Assembly: GCA_030637655.1 (NCBI GenBank)
Contig: DAOWGI010000011.1
Span: 1 to 64,000 of the forward strand
Source: a candidate division FCPU426 bacterium
Lineage (GTDB): Bacteria > Oederibacteriota > JAAXVQ01 > JAUVAV01
Direction of reading: 5' to 3'
DNA length: 64,000 nt
Shown here: positions 1-9,774 of the stretch, one piece after another
Position numbering within the stretch: the first letter of the stretch is position 1
Layout: each line of letters starts with the position of its first letter
Notes under the pieces: model-generated
Database searches by the model: none
The model's input: the letters and a program-made list of their open reading frames with translations, nothing else
Told to the model about the DNA's origin: nothing
Made by a program: the position numbers and the translations under genes

Positions 1-233
1 AAGTATGTTTGAAACTGGGTGTGCCTAAAGAGAAAATCAGAGAGAAAGGGCGGCGAAATATGATATCATATGCCAAAGGATTATTGGCGTACTGGGGACA
101 AGAGGAAATAGGTATGAAAGGAAGCGATATAGCCAGGTATTTGCGGATGTCTAAAACATCAGTAACAAAAGCGTATCGACGAGGAGAGAAATACGCAGCT
201 GTAAATAAACTTAAGTTGACAAGTTTACTCTGA
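1..233 (+). mobile_element. 3' end of REP-associated Y1 transposase (C-terminal DnaA_C-like HTH domain), truncated by window edge
   Basis: Peptide ..ISYAKGLLAYWGQEEIGMKGSDIARYLRMSKTSVTKAYRRGE resembles the HTH tail of RAYT-type transposases. The stop lies within CTCTGACCCC, a motif typical of the repeats flanking these genes. Confidence 0.55.
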
Positions 234-338
234 CCCCATTCCACAAGTAGGACATCCTAAAAAACATTGTTTTTTTACTTGATTTATGGGGAAAAAGTTA
301 TATATTAATAAATCTTGTTTGGCGATATACCACTTTGA

Positions 339-413
339 TCCTCGGTAGCTCAACGGTGGAGCGAGCGGCTGTTAACCGCTAGGTTGTTGGTTCGAATCCA
401 ACCCGGGGAGCCA
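339..413 (+). tRNA. tRNA-Asn (GTT)
   Basis: TCCTCGG acceptor stem pairs with CCGGGGA; anticodon arm AGCGG-CT GTT AA-CCGCT; T-loop GGTTCGAATCC; encoded 3' CCA. Confidence 0.97.
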
Positions 414-538
414 GTGAACCACGTAGGGTTCACTGCTGCGCAGCATTAAGGACGGGGTTCACTGTCATGTACTCAACGTAGTGTATGGCTGCCCGGCGCC
501 TTACATGGTGCGGGGCAATAAATCCTACTTAAAATACC

Positions 539-570
539 AACCCTAAATCCAAGGCGGTTTAGGGTTTTTT
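539..570 (+). terminator. Rho-independent terminator downstream of tRNA
   Basis: AACCCTAAA...TTTAGGGTT stem followed by a T tract. Confidence 0.6.
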
Positions 571-619
571 ATTGCGATTTTTCCGCCCTTTTTCTGTCTA
601 ATAAAAACAGGAGGGCAAA

Positions 620-697
620 ATGTATTATTGCTATGTTCTTTTTAGTTTCAAAGATAAAAAATTATACATAGGATTCTCAACTGATTTAAAGAGGCGA
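620..697 (+). pseudogene. GIY-YIG nuclease N-terminal remnant
   Basis: GGAGG RBS, then MYYCYVLFSFKDKKLYIGFSTDLKRR (YxYxL...LYIGxSxDLxRR, the small GIY-YIG family start). Similarity is lost after ~26 aa and the frame runs into AT-rich, promoter-like DNA. Confidence 0.7.
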
Positions 698-807
698 TGT
701 ATCTTCCTGTTCCCATTTTTTTTATTAAGCGTTTTCATTGAAAAATTCAAAAAAAAGTGTTATTTTCATTGTTATATAATGCTATTAATAACCTATTTAG
801 GTGACCA

Positions 808-2631
808 GTGCAACTCGGAGCGAAACATATTTCAAATACTACCTATGAATTCACGGTCTGGGCACCGCATGCCTCACAGGTGAAACTACAGTTGGTTTCA
901 CCCCAACGCAAGACTATCCCTATGGATCAATTGGAAAACGGTTATTGGCAGAAAACCCTGAAGATATCAGCTAAAACCCGTTATTATTACCTTTTGGACG
1001 GAAAAACCAGGCGTGCGGATCCGGCTTCGCATTTTCAGCCCAAAGGTATTCATGGTCCTTCGCAAGTGGTGAATCACAAGTCTTTTTCCTGGCAGGATCA
1101 GGCCTGGCAGGGTATTCCGGTTCATGACATGATTATCTATGAGCTGCATGTCGGGACCTTTACCCACGAGGGGACATTGACGGCTATTATCCCTCGTTTG
1201 CCTGAATTGAAGGATTTGGGCATAACGGCCATTGAACTTATGCCTGTGGCTGCGTTTCCAGGTAAACGTAACTGGGGATATGACGGTGTTTTTCCGTATG
1301 CTGTGCAAAATAATTACGGCGGCCCGGAAGAATTCAAGAAACTCGTGAATGCCTGCCATCAACAAGGCCTGGCTGTGATTTTGGATGTGGTTTTTAACCA
1401 TCTGGGTCCGGAAGAGAATTATCTGCACGAATTCGGGCCGTACTTTTCAACCAAGTACAAGACGCCCTGGGGCAAGGCCATGAATTTTGATGATCAGCAA
1501 AGCGATGAAGTCCGCAACTACTTTATTCAAAATGCCCTGCACTGGTTTGAACATTATCATGTGGATGCTTTGCGTCTGGATGCCATTCAAGCCATTTATG
1601 ATCAGAGCGCCTATCCTTTTCTGGCGGAGTTGTCGGATCAAGTGAAAATTTATTCTCAGCAAAAAGGACGCCATTTTACCCTGATCGCGGAGAGTGATCT
1701 CAATGACGCGCGGGTAAATAAATCTGTGAATGAAGGCGGTTATGGTATGGATGCTTCCTGGTGTGATGATCTGCACCATAGTCTGCATGCCATATGTACC
1801 GGAGAACGTAATGGGTATTACGCGGATTATAAATCCCCGGATATGCTGTACCAGGCCTTGCGTGACGGGTACGCGTGCAAGGGCCGGTATTCCAAATTCC
1901 GGCAGCGGCATTATGGCAGTTCGCGCCAGGATTTACCGGGTCATAATCTGGTGGTGTTTACGCAAAATCATGATCAAGTAGGTAATCGTCTGAAAGGTGA
2001 ACGCCTGGCAAGTCTGGTGGATTTTCCTGCTTTGCAATGGGCAGCCGCTCTGGCGCTCCTCTCACCTTATTTGCCGCTTTTGTTTATGGGTGAAGAGTAT
2101 GCTGAGCAAGCGCCCTTTAGGTATTTCACAGATCACTCGGATACCAAGCTCAATGCAACTGTTGCTCGCGGACGTTGGCGGGAAATGAGAGCTTTTCAAT
2201 GGAAAGGAAAGATGCCGGACCCCAAAGCAATCTCTACTTTTACGAACTCACGGTTAAATTTTAAAAAGCAGATGAGCCGGGAACAAGAATCGCTATTGAA
2301 TTTTTATAAAAAGCTGATAGCCTTGAGAAAGGCCATAAAAGGGGCTTATGGTTGGCAGCAAATTTCAGTTGAGGTAAATTTTTTTACTAAAGAAGCAGTG
2401 CTCTTGCTGCACTGGAAAACATTGGGACCGGAGCATCTCTGCCTCTTTCATTGTCAAAATCAGGTACAGTCCTGGACTGGCAGATTGCCTGTTGGGGTCT
2501 GGTCACAATGTCTGGATTCTGCGCTGGAAACCTGTGATCAAAAGAAAAGTACTTTGCCGTCAACACTGAATAAATCAGCGGAATTATCTTTCCGACCGTA
2601 TCAGGTAGCGGTGTATAAAAAGGAGCAGTAA
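808..2631 (+). CDS. treZ: Malto-oligosyltrehalose trehalohydrolase (GH13)
   Basis: FTVWAP, YELHVGTFT, NWGYDGV, DVVFNHLGPE, LRLDAI, IAESDLND and QNHDQVGNR motifs. Confidence 0.92.
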   Translation: MQLGAKHISNTTYEFTVWAPHASQVKLQLVSPQRKTIPMDQLENGYWQKTLKISAKTRYYYLLDGKTRRADPASHFQPKGIHGPSQVVNHKSFSWQDQAWQGIPVHDMIIYELHVGTFTHEGTLTAIIPRLPELKDLGITAIELMPVAAFPGKRNWGYDGVFPYAVQNNYGGPEEFKKLVNACHQQGLAVILDVVFNHLGPEENYLHEFGPYFSTKYKTPWGKAMNFDDQQSDEVRNYFIQNALHWFEHYHVDALRLDAIQAIYDQSAYPFLAELSDQVKIYSQQKGRHFTLIAESDLNDARVNKSVNEGGYGMDASWCDDLHHSLHAICTGERNGYYADYKSPDMLYQALRDGYACKGRYSKFRQRHYGSSRQDLPGHNLVVFTQNHDQVGNRLKGERLASLVDFPALQWAAALALLSPYLPLLFMGEEYAEQAPFRYFTDHSDTKLNATVARGRWREMRAFQWKGKMPDPKAISTFTNSRLNFKKQMSREQESLLNFYKKLIALRKAIKGAYGWQQISVEVNFFTKEAVLLLHWKTLGPEHLCLFHCQNQVQSWTGRLPVGVWSQCLDSALETCDQKKSTLPSTLNKSAELSFRPYQVAVYKKEQ

Positions 2632-2634
2632 GCT

Positions 2635-5082
2635 ATGGAAAAGTATATATGCATTCACGGCCATTTTTATCAACCACCGCGTGAAAATCCCTGGCTGGAA
2701 GCCATTGAGATACAGGAGTCAGCCTATCCCTACCATGACTGGAATGAGCGGATTACTTCGGAATGCTACGCACCCAATACGGCAGCGCGGATTTTAGGGG
2801 CCAAGGGCCGGATTACGGAAATTGTTAACAATTATTCTAAAATGAGTTTTAATTTCGGGCCTACCTTGCTCTCCTGGCTGGAAAAAGAAGCGCCGGAAGT
2901 GTATGCTGCTGTGCTGGAAGCTGACCGTTTGAGCCTGGAACGTTTCTCCGGCCATGGCGCAGCGATTGCTCAAGTGTACAATCATATAATTATGCCTTTG
3001 GCCAACCGCCAAGACAAGGAAACGCAGGTTATTTGGGGAATCCGTGATTTTGAACATCGCTTCCAAAGAAAACCCGAAGGCATGTGGTTGTCAGAGACTG
3101 CGGTGGATATTGAGACTCTGGAAGTACTGGCGGAAAATGGGATTTCTTTTACTATTTTAGCAGCGCATCAGGCCAAGCAGGTCCGCAAAATCGGAGATGA
3201 TGAGTGGCATGACGTGAGCGGCAGTAAGGTGGATTCGCGCTTGCCGTATCGCTGCGCGTTGCCTTCCGGTAAAGAAATCGTTCTCTTTTTTTACGATAAT
3301 CCGGTAGCGCACGATGTGGCGTTTGGCACGCTTTTGAAAAACGGCGAACATTTTGCCCGGCGCTTGCTCGGTCTTTTTGAGGATATTGCGGAGCAGGAAT
3401 CGCAACTGGTGCATATTGCCACAGACGGTGAAACCTATGGACATCATCATCGCTATGGGGACATGGCTCTGGCCTATTGCTTGAATAGTATCGAAGATCA
3501 GAAGTTGGCAAAGATCACTATATACGGCGAATATCTGGAAAAATATTTACCTGCTCAGGAAGCGCAAATTTTTGAGAATACATCATGGAGCTGTTTTCAT
3601 GGCATTGAGCGCTGGCAAAGTGATTGCGGTTGTAATTCCGGCTTAATGCCGGGCGCCAATCAGGCCTGGCGTGGACCCTTGCGCAAAGCCCTGGATACTT
3701 TACGGGATGATTTACAGCTGATCTTTGAGAAACGAATGAAAGCCAAAATTAAAGATGCCCGGCGGGCACGCAATGAATACATCTCGGTCATTCTGGATCG
3801 TTCGGAAGCAAATGTGAAAGGGTATTTGGATGAACACTGCACGCATGTACTGGCACATCCGGAGCAAGTCCGGGTATTGAAGCTCTTGGAAATGCAGCGT
3901 AATGCCATGTTGATGTATACCAGTTGCGGTTGGTTTTTTGATGAAATATCCGGGATTGAGACGCTCCAGGTCATGCAATACGCGGCGCGTGCCATGCAAC
4001 TGGCCCAGGAGGTCGTAGAAGTGGATCTACATAAGAATTTTGTGGATCAGTTGCAGGAGGCCAAGAGTAATGAGGAAGAATACGAGGATGGAAAGCAGAT
4101 ATGGGCGGAGTGTATTGAGCCTGCCATAACCGATCTTTTTAAGGTCAGCGCCCATTATGCGGTGGACTCTGTTTTTACTGAACCCAACGGCACTAATCAG
4201 AATATCTATGGCTGTTTTGCCGGCTGGAAAATCTTTGATGATAAAGTACAGGGGAGTCAACGCTTAGTGATTGGTAAAATGCGTGTGCGTTCTGAAATTA
4301 CCTGGGAAAAGACCCGGGTGCTTTTCTGTGTTTTGCATTTTGGCGAACACAACTTGGCAATTGGAATACGGGAAGATACCGGGGATGATATTTTTAATGA
4401 GAAACGTCAGGCCTTGTTAAATGCGTTTAATAAAAGCGAGATGCCGCAAACCATCCGACTGATGGATGATTATTTTATGCCCAATATTTATACTCTGGGT
4501 CATCTTTTTAAGGATAAGCAGAGAAAAATATTGCATATGATTATACAGACTGCGATGGAGGAGGCGGAAGTATATTATCGCCATATTTATGAGAATCACT
4601 ATCCGGTTATTCAGATTATGCGCAAGAAACATCTTGTTTTGCCCAAAATTTTGTCCACTACCGTAGAGCTTGTTTTGAATACCGAATTGGCCAAAATACT
4701 AAAGGGTGATGTCATTGATATTGACCAATTAAGTTCCTTGGTGAATGAGATGAAACGCTGGAATTTCAAACGGGACAAAACCACCTTGCAGTACAATGCC
4801 TCGCAAGCCATTACCCGAATGATGCAAAAATTCGCGCAGGATCCGCTGAACTTAGAAACCCTGGATACGGTGGTCTGTGCGCTTTTGACCCTCCGTTCTT
4901 TGCAATTGAATATGAATATCTGGAAAGCGCAAAATCTTTACTATGAAGTAGACAAAGCGCATTACACCGCGATGCAGGAAAAAGCCGAGACCAATGATTT
5001 GATCGCCAAGAAATGGACCACCTTGTTAGAACGCTTAGGCACGGCGCTACGCGTGGACCATTCGGTAGAGGAAGACAAATAA
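2635..5082 (+). CDS. GH57-family glycoside hydrolase with DUF3536
   Basis: IHGHFYQPPRENPW, SFNFGPTLLSW, GMWLSETA, ATDGETYGHH, WSCFHGIERW and MYTSCGWFFDEISG motifs; 3 bp after treZ. Confidence 0.88.
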   Translation: MEKYICIHGHFYQPPRENPWLEAIEIQESAYPYHDWNERITSECYAPNTAARILGAKGRITEIVNNYSKMSFNFGPTLLSWLEKEAPEVYAAVLEADRLSLERFSGHGAAIAQVYNHIIMPLANRQDKETQVIWGIRDFEHRFQRKPEGMWLSETAVDIETLEVLAENGISFTILAAHQAKQVRKIGDDEWHDVSGSKVDSRLPYRCALPSGKEIVLFFYDNPVAHDVAFGTLLKNGEHFARRLLGLFEDIAEQESQLVHIATDGETYGHHHRYGDMALAYCLNSIEDQKLAKITIYGEYLEKYLPAQEAQIFENTSWSCFHGIERWQSDCGCNSGLMPGANQAWRGPLRKALDTLRDDLQLIFEKRMKAKIKDARRARNEYISVILDRSEANVKGYLDEHCTHVLAHPEQVRVLKLLEMQRNAMLMYTSCGWFFDEISGIETLQVMQYAARAMQLAQEVVEVDLHKNFVDQLQEAKSNEEEYEDGKQIWAECIEPAITDLFKVSAHYAVDSVFTEPNGTNQNIYGCFAGWKIFDDKVQGSQRLVIGKMRVRSEITWEKTRVLFCVLHFGEHNLAIGIREDTGDDIFNEKRQALLNAFNKSEMPQTIRLMDDYFMPNIYTLGHLFKDKQRKILHMIIQTAMEEAEVYYRHIYENHYPVIQIMRKKHLVLPKILSTTVELVLNTELAKILKGDVIDIDQLSSLVNEMKRWNFKRDKTTLQYNASQAITRMMQKFAQDPLNLETLDTVVCALLTLRSLQLNMNIWKAQNLYYEVDKAHYTAMQEKAETNDLIAKKWTTLLERLGTALRVDHSVEEDK

Positions 5083-5153
5083 TTACAGAGGTTAAATAAT
5101 AATCCTCACCTTCTCTGAAGGGGGAATATTGTATTAGAAAGGATAAAGTATAC

Positions 5154-6416
5154 ATGGGATTTTATTTAGTGCTTATTTTGCTGGCCTATATTGTAATCTC
5201 AGCTATTGAATACTGGCTGGATGACCTGAATATTAAACACTTGAAAAAGCATGGAAATACCGTTCCGCCGGAGTTTGGGGGGGTTATTGACCAGGCACTT
5301 TTAACCAAAACCAGTAATTATGTGATAGCTAAAAATAGATTTAGCACCATTACTTCGTTGGTTAGTCATGCAGTATTGCTGCTTTTTCTTTTTGCCGGGG
5401 GGTTAAATTGGTATGCGCAATGGATTGCCGGACTCGGGCTATCCTTTATCCTGTCCGGAATCTTGTTCTTCTTGGTGTTGACCTATGCGCAGACCATAAT
5501 TAATCTTCCCTTTTCCTGGTATGCGAATTTCAAGCTGGAAGCCAAATACAGATTTAATACTATGACTAAAAAAGTCTGGGTAGGGGATATTATCAAGTCG
5601 CTGCTCATTTTCACAATCCTTTTGACCATTCTTATAGCTGGGGGTTTACTCTTAGTCGAAAAATTTCCCTTTACCTGGTGGATCTGGGTATGGGGATTTT
5701 TTCTGATTTTTTCAGTATTTATTATGTACCTCTCGCCCTATGTGTTGGAACCTTTGTTTAATAAATTCACCCCTATAGAGAAGGAGGAACTCGCTGAGCA
5801 AATTAAGCAATTACTGGCCAAAGTCAATTTGCGTGTGAATCGAGTCTTTCAGATGGACGCCTCCCGCCGGAGTAAGCATACCAATGCCTATTTTACCGGA
5901 ATTGGCAAGGTCAAGCGGATCGTGCTTTTTGATACCTTGCTGGAGAAAATGAATGATCTGGAAATTTTGGCTGTATTGGCGCATGAGGCGGGTCATTGGA
6001 AGAAAAAGCATGTGTTGAAGCGTCTAATATTTTCGGAAGTCCTGGGAATACTCTTGATTTATTTGGCGTTTCTGGTGCTGCAATCCAATTTACTGCTGGA
6101 TTTATTCCGGATCTCTGCGGACAGTTTTTACGCCAAGAGTATGATTCTCGGTTTTCTCTTTTCGCTCCTGGCTTTTCCTTTTGGCCCCTTAATGAATGCC
6201 TGGTCAAGAAAGCATGAGAGGGATGCGGATTCCTTTGCCTGCCAATTAACCGGGGAAGTGGATGGTTTAAGTCAGGCTTTGATCAAATTATCGAGTGATA
6301 ATCTCTCCAATTTACATCCGCATCCCTGGTACGCAGCTTTTCATTATTCACATCCTCCGGTGGTGGAACGTATTCGGCGCATTCGAGACGTATCGCAGAG
6401 TAGGCAAGCAGAATAA
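5154..6416 (+). CDS. M48 (Ste24-like) membrane zinc metallopeptidase
   Basis: Multiple TM helices, NAYFTG, AHEAGH (HExxH), ERDAD, YSHPP. Confidence 0.92.
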   Translation: MGFYLVLILLAYIVISAIEYWLDDLNIKHLKKHGNTVPPEFGGVIDQALLTKTSNYVIAKNRFSTITSLVSHAVLLLFLFAGGLNWYAQWIAGLGLSFILSGILFFLVLTYAQTIINLPFSWYANFKLEAKYRFNTMTKKVWVGDIIKSLLIFTILLTILIAGGLLLVEKFPFTWWIWVWGFFLIFSVFIMYLSPYVLEPLFNKFTPIEKEELAEQIKQLLAKVNLRVNRVFQMDASRRSKHTNAYFTGIGKVKRIVLFDTLLEKMNDLEILAVLAHEAGHWKKKHVLKRLIFSEVLGILLIYLAFLVLQSNLLLDLFRISADSFYAKSMILGFLFSLLAFPFGPLMNAWSRKHERDADSFACQLTGEVDGLSQALIKLSSDNLSNLHPHPWYAAFHYSHPPVVERIRRIRDVSQSRQAE

Positions 6417-6596
6417 CAGATGGAAACTGCCCATAAAACTATGCACGAATTTTCAGTAATTATAAAAATATAAACAATTTAAAACGACTTTAGGTTATTG
6501 AAAAGATAGAAAAAAAAAGTTACAATGTCAAAAACACAGATAAATGAAATTTTTTTTTGGTTTTTACCTGATAGGGAGTAATGGAGGTTTGACTGT

Positions 6597-9011
6597 TTGA
6601 ATCCGTGGCGCATTACGATAGAAAAAATAGATCTTGATCGGGAAAGTTTGTATGAGGCTTTATTTACATTAGGAAATGGTTATATCGGCATGCGGGGTGC
6701 CATGCCGGAGTATAATGGCTCCAGGGCTTATTATCCCGGCTTGTACATTGCCGGTGTATACAATAAGTTGGAAACTCCGATTGCCGGACGCCGTGTAGTC
6801 AATGAGGATTTTGTGAATTGTCCCAATTGGCTCTTTTTAAACTACCGTTTGGATGGTGGCCGCTGGTTTGATTTACATAGAGTAAAAATACTGGCCGCAC
6901 GCCGTGAGCTCAATATGCGTAAGGGAGTAATGAGCACACTGGTACGGTGGCAGGATGACCAGGGCCGTATTACTGAAATGACCAGCCAGCGCATTATGAG
7001 CATGGCAGATCCGCATTATGGCGCGCAGCGCTTTGTGATCAAACCCAAAAATTACAGCGCCCAAATTACGGTTCGTAGTGGTATTGACGGTTCTTTAATC
7101 AATTCCGGGGTAGAACGCTATCGCCAATTGAATTCCAAACATCTGGAACCCTTGTCGCATGGCAGCTTTGAAAAAGACAGCATTTATCTCCAAATGCAAA
7201 CTAATCAATCCAAAATTGAGATTGCGGAAGCTCTCCGAACACGCATATTTCACGGGAACGAAGAAATGGCTCTGATACGGCGCACCATCATTCAAGGCCG
7301 GGAACGGGTGTTTCAGGAATTTTCCTTCATGATCAACCAAGGCGGAGAGTATACTATTGAAAAAATTGTGGGAATCTATACCTCGCGCGACCAGGGCATC
7401 ACTGACACGGTCTTGGCAGCCCAGGAAGCAGTCCACAAGGTGGAACGCTACGCGGAATTGTATGTTCCGCACATCGCCAAATGGCGGGCTTTATGGAAAC
7501 GGTATGATATCGAGGTGGATGGTGATCCCTTTATGCAGAGGTTGCTCCGCTTTCATATTTTTCATCTGCTGCAAACCGCTTCATCATACAACGATGACGT
7601 GGATGCCGGCTTGCCGGCGCGCGGCTTGCACGGTGAAGCATACCGTGGTCATATTTTCTGGGATGAGATATTCGCCTTGCCATTTTACTCTTTGCACGCC
7701 AAGGAGATCAGCCGGGCTTTATTGATGTATCGTTACCGTCGCTTAAACCCGGCACGGGAGTATGCGCGTGAACACAAGTACGAAGGAGCCATGTTTCCCT
7801 GGCAGAGTGGCAGCAGTGGATATGAAGAAACCCAGACCCTCCATCTGAATCCTTTATCCAAGGAATGGGGAGATGATTACAGCTGCTTGCAGCGGCATGT
7901 CTCTATAGCCATCGCGTACAATGTATTGAATTACTATAAGATTACCTTGGATGATGATTTTATGGATCACTACGGAGCGGAGATCGTACTGGAGATAGCG
8001 CATTTTTGGTCCAGCATTGCGCATTACAATGCAGAGCGTGACCGTTTTGAGATTCATGGGGTCATGGGTCCGGATGAATTTCATGAAAAATTGCCAGGTT
8101 CGGAAAAAGGCGGTTTGCCGAACAATGCCTACACCAATGTCATGGCCACTTGGGTATTGAGTAAGGCTTTGGAACTTCTCAATAACATGGATGATGAAGA
8201 GAATACGGCACTGCGCGCCAAATTGAGTCTTTCCAGCGAAGAATTGAGCCGTTGGGAGACCATTACCAAGAAGATGTACATTCCCATGGAACCGGATGGG
8301 TTGATCCATCAATTTGAAGGATATCCGGATCTTAAGGAATTGGATTGGGAAGAATATCGGTACAAGTATGATGATATCCATCGCCTGGACCGGATTTTAA
8401 AAGCAGAGGGGTATTCGCCGGATGAGTACCAGGTTTCCAAACAGGCGGACGTACTTATGATCTTCTACATGCTTAACGAAAAAGAGCTTACAAAATTATT
8501 TCAGGATTTGGGTTACACTTTCAAGCGTGAATACATTAAAAAGAATTTTTATTATTATATACAGCGTACCTCCCATGGTTCTACTTTGAGTTATGTGGTG
8601 CATAGCTATGTGGCGCATTTGATAGGTGATGACGAAAAATCCATGGAATTTTTTATGAATACACTGCGTTCTGATTTTTACGATATTCAGGGAGGAACCA
8701 CTGCCGAAGGTATTCATGTGGGAGCTATGGGTGGTTCGGTCCAATTGTTTTACCGGGTTCTGGCCGGCATGGAAATACTGGAAGACCGTATCTGTTTCTG
8801 TCCAAAATTGCCTGCGCATATAAATAAAATTAAGTTTAAGATTATGTATAATTTTAGTTGGTTGAGTGTGGAAATCACTAAAAAAGAGATGAAAATTTTA
8901 GTTGAAAAACGCAAGGCCAAAACCTTGAAACCACCTTCGGTTGTGCCGGTAGTGATCAACAAGCAGGTGCATATGTTTACAGCCGGTAAAAGTCAGACTA
9001 TACGTTTGTAA
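6597..9011 (+). CDS. GH65 glycoside phosphorylase (trehalose/trehalose-6-P/kojibiose phosphorylase family)
   Basis: LGNGYIGMRG, ARGLHGEAYRGHIFWDE, GPDEFHE (catalytic Glu), KQADV, HGSTLS. Confidence 0.9.
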   Translation: MNPWRITIEKIDLDRESLYEALFTLGNGYIGMRGAMPEYNGSRAYYPGLYIAGVYNKLETPIAGRRVVNEDFVNCPNWLFLNYRLDGGRWFDLHRVKILAARRELNMRKGVMSTLVRWQDDQGRITEMTSQRIMSMADPHYGAQRFVIKPKNYSAQITVRSGIDGSLINSGVERYRQLNSKHLEPLSHGSFEKDSIYLQMQTNQSKIEIAEALRTRIFHGNEEMALIRRTIIQGRERVFQEFSFMINQGGEYTIEKIVGIYTSRDQGITDTVLAAQEAVHKVERYAELYVPHIAKWRALWKRYDIEVDGDPFMQRLLRFHIFHLLQTASSYNDDVDAGLPARGLHGEAYRGHIFWDEIFALPFYSLHAKEISRALLMYRYRRLNPAREYAREHKYEGAMFPWQSGSSGYEETQTLHLNPLSKEWGDDYSCLQRHVSIAIAYNVLNYYKITLDDDFMDHYGAEIVLEIAHFWSSIAHYNAERDRFEIHGVMGPDEFHEKLPGSEKGGLPNNAYTNVMATWVLSKALELLNNMDDEENTALRAKLSLSSEELSRWETITKKMYIPMEPDGLIHQFEGYPDLKELDWEEYRYKYDDIHRLDRILKAEGYSPDEYQVSKQADVLMIFYMLNEKELTKLFQDLGYTFKREYIKKNFYYYIQRTSHGSTLSYVVHSYVAHLIGDDEKSMEFFMNTLRSDFYDIQGGTTAEGIHVGAMGGSVQLFYRVLAGMEILEDRICFCPKLPAHINKIKFKIMYNFSWLSVEITKKEMKILVEKRKAKTLKPPSVVPVVINKQVHMFTAGKSQTIRL

Positions 9012-9053
9012 TCGTCTTAATCCAAGGGGAAATACGTCGAAAATGAGTATGGA

Positions 9054-9124
9054 GTAGGGGCGCAGTCAGCCTGGAAGGCATCCTAACTTTTCAATAATCC
9101 TTCCAGTCAGGGAGTGCGCCCGTG
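9054..9124 (+). repeat. Composite GTAG-REP with inserted internal hairpin
   Basis: GTAGGGGCGCA...GTGCGCCCG enclosing CTGGAAGG...CCTTCCAG; near-identical inverted copy at 63659-63729. Confidence 0.85.
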
Positions 9125-9152
9125 TATAAAAAGTGGTTATTCCATATATTGA

Positions 9153-9674
9153 GTGAAATACTTTGAGGGGGCAGGAGCAGTGGCTGAACAGACTTCGCTT
9201 ATTCTAGATCCATTACGAGTCAATACCTTGTCAGAGTTTACCCGGTTGATGAAGAGGTTTTTCGAGGAGCTCAATATAGTGCCTGAATTCCACCGGTATG
9301 ACCAAGATATAGCTGCACCCATGGTCACGTACGCGCCACCCCGGGCCGGCCTCTGGTTTGCGCGCGTACAGAAGGGTCAACCGGCCGTGGGTTTGGCTGG
9401 CGTCCGCTCTTTGGCCAATAGGACCTGTGAGTTGAAGCGGTTTTATGTGGTTCCTGAAGAGCGTCATAAAGGGTATGGTCAGTTTCTTTTAAATCAGGCC
9501 ATGGGTTTTGCCCGTCAGAACGAGTACTTTGAAATACTGCTCTCTGTTCGTCCGGAACTCAAAGATGCGCTCTCTTTGTATCAACGCAATGGATTCACAC
9601 CCTGCGCGTGCTACAATGAGGATCGCCGGGCTGGGATCTTTTTTTCCTACAAATTCTCCAATGAAGTGAAATAA
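9153..9674 (+). CDS. GNAT-family N-acetyltransferase
   Basis: CELKRFYVVPEERHKGYGQFLL (acetyl-CoA motif A) and ALSLYQRNGF. The start may be the downstream GTG at ~9180. Confidence 0.85.
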   Translation: MKYFEGAGAVAEQTSLILDPLRVNTLSEFTRLMKRFFEELNIVPEFHRYDQDIAAPMVTYAPPRAGLWFARVQKGQPAVGLAGVRSLANRTCELKRFYVVPEERHKGYGQFLLNQAMGFARQNEYFEILLSVRPELKDALSLYQRNGFTPCACYNEDRRAGIFFSYKFSNEVK

Positions 9675-9771
9675 GTAGGGGCACGGCATCCGACTTCGCT
9701 AAACGAAGTCGGATGCCGTGCCCCTACGGTTGATCGTTGCTCTGGCGTGCGGGTCTGGGACCCGCCCCTAC
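9675..9771. repeat. GTAG-REP hairpins between convergent genes
   Basis: Perfect hairpin GTAGGGGCACGGCATCCGACTTCG-ctaaa-CGAAGTCGGATGCCGTGCCCCTAC (9675-9727) plus GCGGGTC..GACCCGCCCCTAC. Confidence 0.85.
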
Positions 9772-9774
9772 AGG

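Noticed and set aside
620-883. Full 87-aa ORF as a real gene
   Set aside because: Only the first ~26 codons look like GIY-YIG; the rest is AT-rich promoter-like DNA overlapping the treZ start.
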